Source: an uncultured Saprospiraceae bacterium
GTDB lineage: Bacteria > Bacteroidota > Bacteroidia > Chitinophagales > Saprospiraceae
Direction of reading: 5' to 3'
Length of the DNA: 64,000 nt
Assembly: GCA_937969415.1 (NCBI GenBank)
Contig: CALBWK010000044.1
Span: 67 to 64,066, forward strand
This document shows positions 30,335-40,032 of this stretch, in pieces. Position numbers and translations under genes: made by a program. The notes beneath the pieces are model-generated. The model had not been told where the DNA came from. It did not search any database and saw only the letters and a program-made list of their open reading frames with translations. Position 1 is the first letter of the stretch; each line of letters opens with the position of its first letter.

Positions 30335-30349
30335 TGGGACATACAAAAT
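30335..30349 (+). repeat. 15-nt direct repeat TGGGACATACAAAAT, copy 1
   Basis: Identical 15-mer recurs at 30476..30490, 141 nt away, in the divergent intergenic region. Confidence 0.9.
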
Positions 30350-30475
30350 CTACTAGATGAAACAACATCATTTGCTTTTTGTAATCAAGATTTAGTTGTT
30401 TAAACCCTAAACTCAAAATTCAAAAACAAATAAACACTGTAACAGAGTGCTTAAAAATTATATAAAATAAAAATA

Positions 30476-30490
30476 TGGGACATACAAAAT
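30476..30490 (+). repeat. 15-nt direct repeat TGGGACATACAAAAT, copy 2
   Basis: Identical to 30335..30349. It ends 58 nt before the ATG at 30548. Confidence 0.9.
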
Positions 30491-30547
30491 AATAAAAACA
30501 AGCTATACCTTTAAATCGTATATCCTTGAAAACCAACAACATAAACT

Positions 30548-32077
30548 ATGGAGGACCTAAAAAAACTAGCTGAATATGTGTCAAGGCAAAAAGTGAAGCA
30601 AATCCAAATTATTACTGACAAAGAGAGTTTTAAAGGAAAATCTAGGCTTTTGTACGAATCAATCATAAATGGGGACGTAAAAACAGACTTAGAAGCCCAA
30701 GAATTACTCTATAAAAAAACCGATCCTGAGAACTACAGAAAATTGAAATATAGACTGAGACAAAAACTTATCAATACGCTTTTCGTTGTGGATGGTCATC
30801 AATATGGCAAAGGGAAGAAAGAAAAAGGTGAGGTCAATCTCATAAAAACGTGGGCAGCAACAGAAATTCTTACCCATAGGCGATTACAAGGCCTATCAAG
30901 ACACATACAAGCACAAGTCCTGAAGACGGCCATTAAGCTTGACAGATTAGATATAGCTCTCCCAATAGCAATAGATCAAAGACGCAGATATGGTATTTCC
31001 GAATTCAATCAAAAGAAATTCGACAAGTATAATGAGTTGGTTAAAGGACTCACAGCTCAATATAATTTTCAAATAGAAGCTTCCGAATATTATACACAAT
31101 TAGGTAGCATTGTTTCTCACAAGTTAAAATACGACCAAGAAGAATTAAAAAAAATTAGAAAGCGACTTGAAGAAATGAGGACTGAGTTAAAAAGATTTAA
31201 AAACTTCAACTCGTCATTTTTTGTTTTTAACTCAGTCTATTTTGCAGGAATGCTTGATAATGACCATATGTTAAAAAAGTCTATTTGCGACCAAGCGTTG
31301 GCCTACCTAGAGAAGTTTCCTGAGACGCCACCAATAATGCACTTTTCTTTCACTCAAAAAAAAGCACTAGTCGTCTTAGAAGAAGGGCAACTAGAATTAG
31401 CGCTTTTCTACCTCGATGAATTGAAAAAAATTAGTGTCAAACCTGGCTCTATTTCTTGGCAATGGGTCAGGAACTACAGAAGCTTGATACATTTTAGTAC
31501 CAAAAATTACAAAGAAGCCTATAGAATAACAGCTAGCATTATCAATAACACAAAAGCTTTCAATAACCTGAAGTCGACTATGAAAGAACACTGGTATATC
31601 AAAGAAGCATACTTGGCTTTCTTGATTTCTGCTGGCAGACTTGACGATTCTAAAATCAAAGATAAAATCAAGCGACCATTTAGATTGGGTCGCTTTATGA
31701 ATGAGGTACCTCAGCCTTCTAAGAATAAAGTTGGCTACAACTTAAGCATCGTAATTATTCAGTTCTATTTTACATTAATGAAAGGTGACATTATACGAAT
31801 TGCAGAAAAACTTGAGAGCCTTAAACAATACAGTTTCAGATATCTTAAAGGGAAAAAGTATATAAGAGCTAGAACTTATATCAAGTTATTACAAAAACTA
31901 AAAAACCCCTTATTAGATGCCAACCAGGTAAGAACAAAGTCTAAGAACCTCTTGAAAACTCTGTTAGAAAATCCACATGATTTTTCTACAGAAGTAATGG
32001 ACAGAGAAATAATACCCTATGAGCAACAATGGGATGAATTGATGAATTACATATTGAAATCAAGAACTGCTTCTTAG
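30548..32077 (+). CDS. Hypothetical cytoplasmic all-helical (TPR/solenoid-like) protein, 509 aa
   Basis: Long ORF that is visibly AT-rich and lysine-rich. No signal peptide and no catalytic motif recognised. Confidence 0.6.
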   Translation: MEDLKKLAEYVSRQKVKQIQIITDKESFKGKSRLLYESIINGDVKTDLEAQELLYKKTDPENYRKLKYRLRQKLINTLFVVDGHQYGKGKKEKGEVNLIKTWAATEILTHRRLQGLSRHIQAQVLKTAIKLDRLDIALPIAIDQRRRYGISEFNQKKFDKYNELVKGLTAQYNFQIEASEYYTQLGSIVSHKLKYDQEELKKIRKRLEEMRTELKRFKNFNSSFFVFNSVYFAGMLDNDHMLKKSICDQALAYLEKFPETPPIMHFSFTQKKALVVLEEGQLELALFYLDELKKISVKPGSISWQWVRNYRSLIHFSTKNYKEAYRITASIINNTKAFNNLKSTMKEHWYIKEAYLAFLISAGRLDDSKIKDKIKRPFRLGRFMNEVPQPSKNKVGYNLSIVIIQFYFTLMKGDIIRIAEKLESLKQYSFRYLKGKKYIRARTYIKLLQKLKNPLLDANQVRTKSKNLLKTLLENPHDFSTEVMDREIIPYEQQWDELMNYILKSRTAS

Positions 32078-32090
32078 AATTTAGAATGAT

Positions 32091-32777
32091 TTATAACAGA
32101 TGTTGCTTCATCTTCGCAATGTCCTCGCTGATCTGTTGGGTCACAATATGATAAGCCACATAAAAGCCATCCTTGGTTGCCTGTACTTTGGCACTGGACT
32201 GGTTAACTTTCTGCTTATTGGCCTCAAGTGCCTTTTCTCCTGCTTCTATCTCTTTTTGCAACTTAGAGATCTGGGCTTGTCTTTGTTTGATACCTTCTTC
32301 TAGTCTTTTGATTTCCTGAGCTTGTGTATTGACTTGCCTATTGGTTTGATTCTTAAAGGCATCAAGAAACTTAGCTTCCTCTTTACCCAGCACCTTAAGG
32401 TATCCTTCTGCGCTGCTAACCAATTTCTGCGGAGTTGCACCCATAGACTTAGCCATAGCAAGCGCTGACTTGAATCGAGTGCCCTCATCCATATCCACGT
32501 TACTGAGATTCTGGACTGCCTGCTTATACTCTAGGTAGTCAAAGCCTTCTGGGTTATTCTCTTCAAGTGCACCTAATAATCTGTTGACAAACTTCTCTTG
32601 AGGCTTCCCTTTAGGTGGATTGTTCTTATCATATCCTTTTGATGCAGGGGCTTGAACACCTGCCTTAGAGGCCTGTCGGGGAGCGGCTGGAGAGGATTTG
32701 GTCTCACCAGAAGGCTTAGCACCGCCCTCTTGCTCTTCCTCAATAACAAATAGCGATTTTAACTTCTTGAACATCAT
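32091..32777 (-). CDS. Hypothetical protein with a P/A/K-rich linker and a C-terminal coiled coil
   Basis: 228 aa. Convergent with the 30548 gene. Confidence 0.55.
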   Translation of the reverse strand: MMFKKLKSLFVIEEEQEGGAKPSGETKSSPAAPRQASKAGVQAPASKGYDKNNPPKGKPQEKFVNRLLGALEENNPEGFDYLEYKQAVQNLSNVDMDEGTRFKSALAMAKSMGATPQKLVSSAEGYLKVLGKEEAKFLDAFKNQTNRQVNTQAQEIKRLEEGIKQRQAQISKLQKEIEAGEKALEANKQKVNQSSAKVQATKDGFYVAYHIVTQQISEDIAKMKQHLL

Positions 32778-32850
32778 TAGAATTTACTTCGCCAAATATA
32801 CCGACTCTGTGCCTTAATAAACCCACCTATCCCGTGCTTGTTACTATCTT

Positions 32851-33285
32851 GTGCCTATGTATGTCTTTAAGACCAAAAAGAGAGTGCGATATGCAGAGAC
32901 GGACAAGATGGGCTATCTCTACTACGGTCACTATGCCAAGTATTACGAGATCGGCCGTGTAGAAGCGCTTAGAGACCTAGGACTATCCTACCAGAAAATG
33001 GAAGATCAGTACGGTATTATGCTGCCTGTACTAAGCTTAGAAAGCAGGTTTAAATTACCTGCATACTATGATGAAGAACTAGAAGTCATTACTCTACTAA
33101 AAGAGCCTCCTTCTAAGATGATAACTTTTCATCACGAGATCGTTAATCCTAAAGGAATGATCATCAACACCGCAGTTGTCAAGTTATTCTTTGTAGATAT
33201 GAAAACCAACAAGCGGGTAGAAACTCCAGTCCATCTAGCCGAGAAGCTAGAACCTTATTTTGATAATTACCATAAATCTACCTAA
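32851..33285 (+). CDS. Acyl-CoA thioesterase, 4HBT/YbgC family
   Basis: N-terminal VRYAETDKMGYLYYGHY hot-dog catalytic Asp motif. Confidence 0.85.
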   Translation: MPMYVFKTKKRVRYAETDKMGYLYYGHYAKYYEIGRVEALRDLGLSYQKMEDQYGIMLPVLSLESRFKLPAYYDEELEVITLLKEPPSKMITFHHEIVNPKGMIINTAVVKLFFVDMKTNKRVETPVHLAEKLEPYFDNYHKST

Positions 33286-34255
33286 CGATTTGGGCCTATC
33301 TAAACTTCCAATAATCCAACTACTTATTGATTTCTGTAAGAAATCTTCCTTACCAGGGTTTTCGGGTGTGTCGATATATAATGTGGCAACATTTGTATGG
33401 GGAGAAGCGATGAAAGAAGACAATGATATCGTAACAAGATCAAATTCGATAGCCTTCAATTTTTTTCTATCACTCTTTCCGACGATCATCTTCCTATTTA
33501 CCTTGCTGCCGCTATTTCCAGTCTCCACAGATTACCTACAGATTTTTCACGATTCTACGAGAGGCTTTATCCCAGATCAAGCGCACGAATATCTTTTCAA
33601 TATGCTTGCAGGTGTCGTTTCTACTCCACGTAGTGGCTTATTATCTGTAGGTTTCTTTTTTGCCTTGGTATTTTCTAGTTCTGGTATGGTGACGTTGATG
33701 TATGGCTTCCATAAAAGTTACGAGAGAGTCTTCAATAAAAGAAATTACATTCAGAACCGACTTCTCGCCATAGGACTAACAATTCTAGTCGCCGGGATTT
33801 TTGTGACCTCAATTTTCTTAATCATATTTGGTTCTCCCTTACTACAACTTCTCATTGATAAAATCAATCTCAATAGCTACTCAGCAGTTGTATTTAATTT
33901 TGCTAAATGGTGGATCGTTGTACTCGTTATCTATACAGGCATCACCTTAATCTACAGATATGGCTCCGCGATGAAGGAAAGAATTAAGTGGATCAACACA
34001 GGGGCAATCTTAGCTACCATCCTCTCCATTTTCACCTCATTAATTTTCTCCTTTTTTATCAATTCTTTTGGTCGGTACAATGAGATTTACGGATCGATAG
34101 GTGCCCTAATTGTGCTCCTACTATGGATACAGATTAATGTCTTTGTTGTACTGATTGGCTTCGAGTTCAACGCCAGTATTGCCGTTCACAAAGCAGAGCT
34201 CTACACTCAAAGTAATAGGGGAAAAGAAGTAAACTCTAAGGATGAAGAGCAATAA
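33260..34255 (+). CDS. YihY/BrkB-family membrane protein
   Basis: Six TM segments. AFNFFLSLFPTIIF and GALIVLLLWIQI motifs. TTG start is uncertain. Confidence 0.8.
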   Translation: MIITINLPNDLGLSKLPIIQLLIDFCKKSSLPGFSGVSIYNVATFVWGEAMKEDNDIVTRSNSIAFNFFLSLFPTIIFLFTLLPLFPVSTDYLQIFHDSTRGFIPDQAHEYLFNMLAGVVSTPRSGLLSVGFFFALVFSSSGMVTLMYGFHKSYERVFNKRNYIQNRLLAIGLTILVAGIFVTSIFLIIFGSPLLQLLIDKINLNSYSAVVFNFAKWWIVVLVIYTGITLIYRYGSAMKERIKWINTGAILATILSIFTSLIFSFFINSFGRYNEIYGSIGALIVLLLWIQINVFVVLIGFEFNASIAVHKAELYTQSNRGKEVNSKDEEQ

Positions 34256-34765
34256 CTATCTGAACGTGACATAACAGCCGATAGCAGCACTTTCAGAATA
34301 ATCTACCTCATCTCCGTCTTGCAACCGACTCAGCAGAGATTCTAAGTCTCGATTCTGAATAATACGACGTCTTTTACCTACTCTAACATAGCTATCATCT
34401 ATCCGCCCCCGATAGAGCATCTTCTTTTGCACATTATCATAAATCACTACCTCAGGCGTAATGGTTACACCAAACTCCTTTGTCTTAGTCGCAAAATATT
34501 CTAGTTTCAAAGGAATCGTAACGTTATACTTTTTCTTGAAGTCGGTAATTCCTTTCTCAGTAGAATACCGACTAGGAAACAAACCTACAAATCGAATATC
34601 CTCATCAGAATATAGACTATCCAACCGATTAATCTCAGGAGCATAGTACTCACAGATTCTACAATCCTCACCTAGGAAATAATAGACTGTATATCTAGAC
34701 GTATCTGCATCCCCAGCAAAAGCAACCCCACAGAACAGAACAAATAACAGTACCAAATACTTCAT
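34256..34765 (-). CDS. Secreted thioredoxin-fold-like protein
   Basis: Signal peptide. CRIC motif in a YFLGEDCRICEYY context. 169 aa. Confidence 0.5.
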   Translation of the reverse strand: MKYLVLLFVLFCGVAFAGDADTSRYTVYYFLGEDCRICEYYAPEINRLDSLYSDEDIRFVGLFPSRYSTEKGITDFKKKYNVTIPLKLEYFATKTKEFGVTITPEVVIYDNVQKKMLYRGRIDDSYVRVGKRRRIIQNRDLESLLSRLQDGDEVDYSESAAIGCYVTFR

Positions 34766-34841
34766 AGCTCCAAGATAAAGGAGACACAGCTAACAGTCCA
34801 CTTTTATAAGATGGAACGGCGTTAAATAAACTCTAAATGGC

Positions 34842-36068
34842 TTATACCACTTCTGCAACTGTAAAGATACTCCCTGTGACCAAGATCAAATCGTCTTGTT
34901 GGGCTGATAACTTTGCAGCTGCTAAAGCTCTTGCAATAGAAAGGTACGTTTTACCGTATAGTTCGGCTTGAGCCGCCTCATCACACAACGCTTGTGCTTT
35001 CATCGCTCTCGGGATCTTAGCAGCAGCGAAATAGTACTTTGCCTCCTTAGGAAAATAAGGAAACACCAGACCCAGGTCTTTATCAGAAACGACGCCGATA
35101 ACTATATGCAATTTTCGGAATTCAAGTTTCTTGACTTCTTCAAACAAGGTGCTGATGCCCATTTCATTATGGGCACTATCCGCTATTATCGTCGGCTCAG
35201 AATCAATCCGCTGAAAGCGCCCCATATACCCCCACTGCGCTAGACCAATAGATAGAGCTTGTTTTACTTTCTCTTGAGGAAGCGAAATACCTATCTCACC
35301 TAGCGCCGCGACGGCCAAGTTCAAATTTTCCTTCTGATAATCAGGAAACAATTGATGTATGGAAGCAGGCACCAAATTGGTCTCTGCATACATCAATCTA
35401 GAATTCCTAGCCTGAGCTTTTTTAGCAAAGACAGCAGACGTCTCCTTTTGCTTTCGACCTATGATAACAGGTATCTCCTTCTTGATGATCCCTGCTTTCT
35501 CTCCTGCAATCTCCGGCAGTGTCGTACCTAAGAAGTTCATATGATCATAGCCGATATTAGTAATTACAGACAATACTGGAGTGATCACATTGGTAGAGTC
35601 GAGCCGCCCACCAAGACCTGTCTCTATGACCGCATAGTCAACTTGCTCTTCTTTAAAATGATTAAATGCCATCGCAACAGTGATCTCAAAAAAGCTTGGC
35701 TTTTCCTTCAGATCAAAAACGCCTTGGCCAATTAAGCCATTAACAAATGACTTTACTGCACGCTTAGGAATCATCATTCCATCGACTTTGATCCGCTCAC
35801 GATAGCTCTTATAGTGTGGCGAGGTATATAAGCCGACTTTATAGCCTGCTGCTGAGAGCAAAGACGCTATAAAGAATGACGTTGAGCCTTTTCCGTTAGT
35901 CCCTGCAATATGGATTGATTTGAAATGCCTATGTGGGTGGTCGACAAGGGCATCGAGATACTCAATATTCTTAAGATCCGTCTTAAATGCTTTGGGCCCT
36001 ACTCTCTGAAACATAGGAAGTTGCTTGAACAAAAAAGCTTCGATATCCTTGTACCTCGTTATATTCAT
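34842..36068 (-). CDS. folC: Bifunctional folylpolyglutamate synthase / dihydrofolate synthase
   Basis: HIAGTNGKGST P-loop and an ETGLGGRLDSTNV motif. The ATG at 36068 is preferred over the TTG at 36089. Confidence 0.92.
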   Translation of the reverse strand: MNITRYKDIEAFLFKQLPMFQRVGPKAFKTDLKNIEYLDALVDHPHRHFKSIHIAGTNGKGSTSFFIASLLSAAGYKVGLYTSPHYKSYRERIKVDGMMIPKRAVKSFVNGLIGQGVFDLKEKPSFFEITVAMAFNHFKEEQVDYAVIETGLGGRLDSTNVITPVLSVITNIGYDHMNFLGTTLPEIAGEKAGIIKKEIPVIIGRKQKETSAVFAKKAQARNSRLMYAETNLVPASIHQLFPDYQKENLNLAVAALGEIGISLPQEKVKQALSIGLAQWGYMGRFQRIDSEPTIIADSAHNEMGISTLFEEVKKLEFRKLHIVIGVVSDKDLGLVFPYFPKEAKYYFAAAKIPRAMKAQALCDEAAQAELYGKTYLSIARALAAAKLSAQQDDLILVTGSIFTVAEVV

Positions 36069-36184
36069 GTCATTGCGCTCGGAGGCCAATACTAATAAAT
36101 GTTCTAGACTAATCTTTCAATTCCTCTAATTTTCGAGATATCAAACGGTACAATTTTATAATAGCAGGTGGAGGATTAGCGGGA

Positions 36185-37267
36185 TTGAGTCTAGCCTACA
36201 GGATACGTAAGGAAAGTCAGTACGACAATCATTCCATCCTCATCTTAGACAAAGACAGCAAGACGAAAAATGATAGGACCTGGTGCTTTTGGAGCAGAGA
36301 AGAGGGCCTCTTTGATCATATCCTTCATCACAGCTGGGAGATCTTAGATTACAAGACCTCTGCCTATCAAAAAAAGATGTCTATCTCGCCTTATAAGTAC
36401 AAAATGATACGGGGGATAGACTTTTATGAGTACGTCTTGGACTTCTTACAGAAGGCTCCAAATACTACTTTCAGCCGAGAATCGATATCCGAAATTACTG
36501 AGGACAGTAACAGTGCACGAGTCGTAACCACCAACAACACGTATGAAGGTGACTATATCTTTAAAAGCTATCCTGATAGGTTAGATAATATCAAGGACCA
36601 CTTTGTCTGGCAACATTTCAAAGGCTGGGTAGTCAAAACAGAAAAGCCATTCTTCGATCCAACACGAGCCACCCTTATGGATTTCAGAGTAGACCAAGGC
36701 GATGACACCAGATTCTTCTATCTCCTCCCGACCTCCGAGACAGAAGCACTAGTAGAGCTGGCTATTTTTTCACCTTCCATACCAGAGAGCAACTACTACG
36801 ACAACTTCTTGAATACTTACCTCAAAGAAGAAGTTGGCCTAACCAACTGGACTATCACACACGAGGAGGTTGGCGCTATCCCAATGACCTCGCATAACTT
36901 CCAGACCGATAATTCTAAAAGAGTGATCAGAATAGGGACCAATGGCGGGGCGGTAAAAGCCTCCTCTGGTTATGCCTTTACTAGAGTGCAGAAACAAGTA
37001 GCTGCCGTAACGAATCAGATAGCGTCTGGCCAATTCAGACCACAAAGAAAAACGAGATATGATCTCTATGACAGCGTGTTGCTTAATGCCATCCTAAAGG
37101 GAAAGACAACAGGAAAGGTAGTCTTTGATGGGTTGTTTAAAAATTTGTCTGGGCCGACAATATTTAAATTTTTAGATGGTGAGGGCAGTCTATGGACGGA
37201 TCTCAAAGTATTTACCGGGCCACCTACTCTACCCTTTCTCAAAGCATTCCTAGAGGAAATCTCTTAA
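36185..37267 (+). CDS. Lycopene cyclase family (CrtY-like) flavoprotein; the true N-terminus probably lies upstream
   Basis: Family-like length and core. The in-frame upstream codons encode KRYNFIIAGGGLAG (dinucleotide-binding motif), but there is no ATG/GTG/TTG before 36185. Confidence 0.7.
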   Translation: MSLAYRIRKESQYDNHSILILDKDSKTKNDRTWCFWSREEGLFDHILHHSWEILDYKTSAYQKKMSISPYKYKMIRGIDFYEYVLDFLQKAPNTTFSRESISEITEDSNSARVVTTNNTYEGDYIFKSYPDRLDNIKDHFVWQHFKGWVVKTEKPFFDPTRATLMDFRVDQGDDTRFFYLLPTSETEALVELAIFSPSIPESNYYDNFLNTYLKEEVGLTNWTITHEEVGAIPMTSHNFQTDNSKRVIRIGTNGGAVKASSGYAFTRVQKQVAAVTNQIASGQFRPQRKTRYDLYDSVLLNAILKGKTTGKVVFDGLFKNLSGPTIFKFLDGEGSLWTDLKVFTGPPTLPFLKAFLEEIS

Positions 37268-37327
37268 CAGATATGTATTGGATAAAAGCTACTTTAGTTC
37301 TACTAACTTCAAAACAAAAGACAACAT

Positions 37328-37540
37328 ATGGAAATGGAAACTATTATCTCACTTGGCTTTCTTATTATTGGTGGGGGCTTTGTCGGCACCTTACTTATGG
37401 CTATAATAAAGATGCTTGGCATCCCGAAGCCACCTAACAAAAGTTTGGCTCAGCACTTATTTGGTATATTTAAACTGGCCATAATATTTACAATTCTGCT
37501 TGTGCTCTTTATTGCTTTTGTTGTCGTTCCAAATTCTTAA
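37328..37540 (+). CDS. Small two-TM membrane protein
   Basis: 70 aa with two hydrophobic helices. Ends 3 nt before def. Confidence 0.45.
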   Translation: MEMETIISLGFLIIGGGFVGTLLMAIIKMLGIPKPPNKSLAQHLFGIFKLAIIFTILLVLFIAFVVVPNS

Positions 37541-37543
37541 CCT

Positions 37544-38179
37544 ATGCGCTTAGCCCACCTCTCAGTAATTTTATTTTGTGCTTTGATCACGATAAGTTGT
37601 TCAAGAAAAACAACAACAACCCTAGATCAATCTTCTGCATCGGAAAGAACGAAATTTGATGCCCAACAGAAATCTCTACTCTTATCAGGCTCTGCTTCTG
37701 ACCCTATGAGATTGTTCCTAACAACCAACGAAAGCGACTCACTATTACTGAGACAACGAGCAGCTGAAGTCATCCCCAACCCTTCAGATCCCTTACTTAA
37801 TGCGTGTATCGACAGATTGCTGACTACAGTCCAGGACAGTATGTCATTGGGGGTGGGCATAGCAGCGCCTCAAGTCGGCATACTCAAGAGAATCATCTGG
37901 GTGCAAAGATTTGACAAAGAAGGGTTCCCATTTGAGGTCTATCTCAATCCTGTTATTAAGCAATACACCAAGAAAAAACAAAACTGTATGGAGGGCTGCC
38001 TTTCTATTCCTGACAAGCAAGCAGAGACGAAAGTGAGGGCCTATGCTATATTATTAGAGTATGACACCAGAGAAGGAGAGCACATAACCGAGATGGTTGA
38101 GGACTTTACTGCAGTGATATTTCAGCACGAAATAGATCACCTCGATGGCAAGCTCTTTATCGATTTGCTAGAAGAATAA
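37544..38179 (+). CDS. def: Peptide deformylase with an N-terminal lipoprotein-type leader and extension
   Basis: All three Def motifs are present: GIAAPQVG, EGCLSIP and HEIDHLDG. N-terminus MRLAHLSVILFCALITISC. Confidence 0.88.
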   Translation: MRLAHLSVILFCALITISCSRKTTTTLDQSSASERTKFDAQQKSLLLSGSASDPMRLFLTTNESDSLLLRQRAAEVIPNPSDPLLNACIDRLLTTVQDSMSLGVGIAAPQVGILKRIIWVQRFDKEGFPFEVYLNPVIKQYTKKKQNCMEGCLSIPDKQAETKVRAYAILLEYDTREGEHITEMVEDFTAVIFQHEIDHLDGKLFIDLLEE

Positions 38180-38191
38180 GTGGAAATGAAA

Positions 38192-39157
38192 TTAGAGACT
38201 GACCTTGGTAGATAGTACTGCCGCTTTTTCAAAGGCAACGGCTAACTTAATAACATCAACTGCAAGATCTGTGTTAGGTGCCTTGCGCTTTTTACCTAGG
38301 ACAGTCTGGCCAAAATGATGCAACTGCAAGTACTCTGAAAAAGTAAACCCTTCAGTACCATCGTGATAGATATCTACTTTCTCTCCTGTATCCTTATAAA
38401 GTTTAAATGATTTATTGTTGGTATTGGATATAAGAATCTGGCCCTTATTTCCATAGATATTAATGTAACTCTGCTCTTTTTTTATTGCTGGCTGGATGAT
38501 CAGATTTATACTAGATGATTTTCCTGTCAGGCCTTTACAGATGATGGTGTTATTATTTGTAGTGACTTCGACATCTGTTATCTGATCAGCGAGCAACCAC
38601 TGACACAATTCAATTTCATCTAAGGCATTATCCAATATGCTGCTACCACTAGAGGCTTCAAACTGTCTGTTGAGCCCACTGAAGAAGGCGCTATCCAGAC
38701 TTATATGATTGATTACACCTATATCACCTCTATCTATTATTTGCTTAGCTGCACTCAGCTGTGCATCGAAATGTACTAGAGAAGAAACCATCACAAACTG
38801 GCTCGGACGGCTTTGCGCAGCCTTGTGCACAGATTCTGCATCTTCGACATTAAGCGCAATTGGGTCTGCGATGAAGACATGTTTGCCTGCCTCTATCGCA
38901 GCTATAGCTAGCAAGGGTCTCCTGCGCGGATCACCGAATATACAGACAGCGTCTATGTCGTGATTCTCTATCAAGGATTTTTCGTCTGAGTACACATACT
39001 CTAGAGAAAGATCATTCTTAGCCAAGAGCAACTCCTTTTGGGTTCTTCCGACTGCACCCATCAGCGTTACATCCTTAATATGGTCTTTGAGCAAATGCGC
39101 ATATCTCTCTCCTTGCTGCTCCAATCCTAGTATGCCTACTTTGACTTGATAGAGCAT
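38192..39157 (-). CDS. Gfo/Idh/MocA-family oxidoreductase
   Basis: N-terminal Rossmann-like KVGILGLEQQG region. Typical length of 321 aa. Confidence 0.65.
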   Translation of the reverse strand: MLYQVKVGILGLEQQGERYAHLLKDHIKDVTLMGAVGRTQKELLLAKNDLSLEYVYSDEKSLIENHDIDAVCIFGDPRRRPLLAIAAIEAGKHVFIADPIALNVEDAESVHKAAQSRPSQFVMVSSLVHFDAQLSAAKQIIDRGDIGVINHISLDSAFFSGLNRQFEASSGSSILDNALDEIELCQWLLADQITDVEVTTNNNTIICKGLTGKSSSINLIIQPAIKKEQSYINIYGNKGQILISNTNNKSFKLYKDTGEKVDIYHDGTEGFTFSEYLQLHHFGQTVLGKKRKAPNTDLAVDVIKLAVAFEKAAVLSTKVSL

Positions 39158-40029
39158 CAGAGATGTCGTTCTGCGTGATAACTTGATCTGACAAGTGGTC
39201 CACTTTCTACAAAATCGATGCCCATCTTAAGGCCTTCTTCTTTGTAGAAAGCAAAGGTGTCTGGATGGACATATTCCTCGACAGCTAAGTGCATCTTAGT
39301 TGGTTGGAGATACTGCCCTATGGTAACCACATCACAGCCATTGTCGTGCAGATCTTGCAGTATATGTAGAACTTCTTCTTTTGTTTCTCCTAGTCCTACC
39401 ATAAAGCCTGACTTGGTCCGCTTGCCTGCATCTTTGGTTCTTTGGATTTGTTCCAAACTTCTATCATACTTGGCTTGCGGTCTGACCTTACGATAAAGTC
39501 TGCGCACTGTTTCCATATTGTGGGACACGACTTCTTGCCCACCCTCTATCATTCTATCCAGTGCATCCCAATTGGCTCGCACATCGGGAATTAGCGTTTC
39601 TATAGTTGTTTCTGGAGATTGTTCTTTGGTTTGTACGACGGTCTGATACCAGATCTCTGCTCCCCTATCCTTCAACTCATCCCTGTTGACTGAGGTAATA
39701 ACGGCGTGCTTGACCTGCATCAATCTTATCGCTTCTGCTACTCTAGTCGGCTCATCTGCATCATACTCAGGTGGTCTCCCAGTCTTTACGGCACAGAAAG
39801 AGCAACTCCTTGTGCATACATCCCCTAGTATCATAAAGGTCGCTGTACCTGCTCCCCAGCACTCGCCCATATTGGGGCAGTTACCGCTTTGGCAAATGGT
39901 GTTGAGCTTATACTCATCCACGAGCCTTCTGACACGTTTGAAATCTTCACCCGTTGGGAGCTTGACTCTTAGCCAATCTGGCTTTTTAGCTCTTTTAGGT
40001 GTCTTTGATACTATCGGTAGCTCTAACAT
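39157..40029 (-). CDS. lipA: Lipoyl synthase
   Basis: CTRSCSFC radical-SAM cluster motif plus an N-terminal [12 protein letters not shown] cluster motif. Confidence 0.96.
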   Translation of the reverse strand: MLELPIVSKTPKRAKKPDWLRVKLPTGEDFKRVRRLVDEYKLNTICQSGNCPNMGECWGAGTATFMILGDVCTRSCSFCAVKTGRPPEYDADEPTRVAEAIRLMQVKHAVITSVNRDELKDRGAEIWYQTVVQTKEQSPETTIETLIPDVRANWDALDRMIEGGQEVVSHNMETVRRLYRKVRPQAKYDRSLEQIQRTKDAGKRTKSGFMVGLGETKEEVLHILQDLHDNGCDVVTIGQYLQPTKMHLAVEEYVHPDTFAFYKEEGLKMGIDFVESGPLVRSSYHAERHL

Positions 40030-40032
40030 TAA

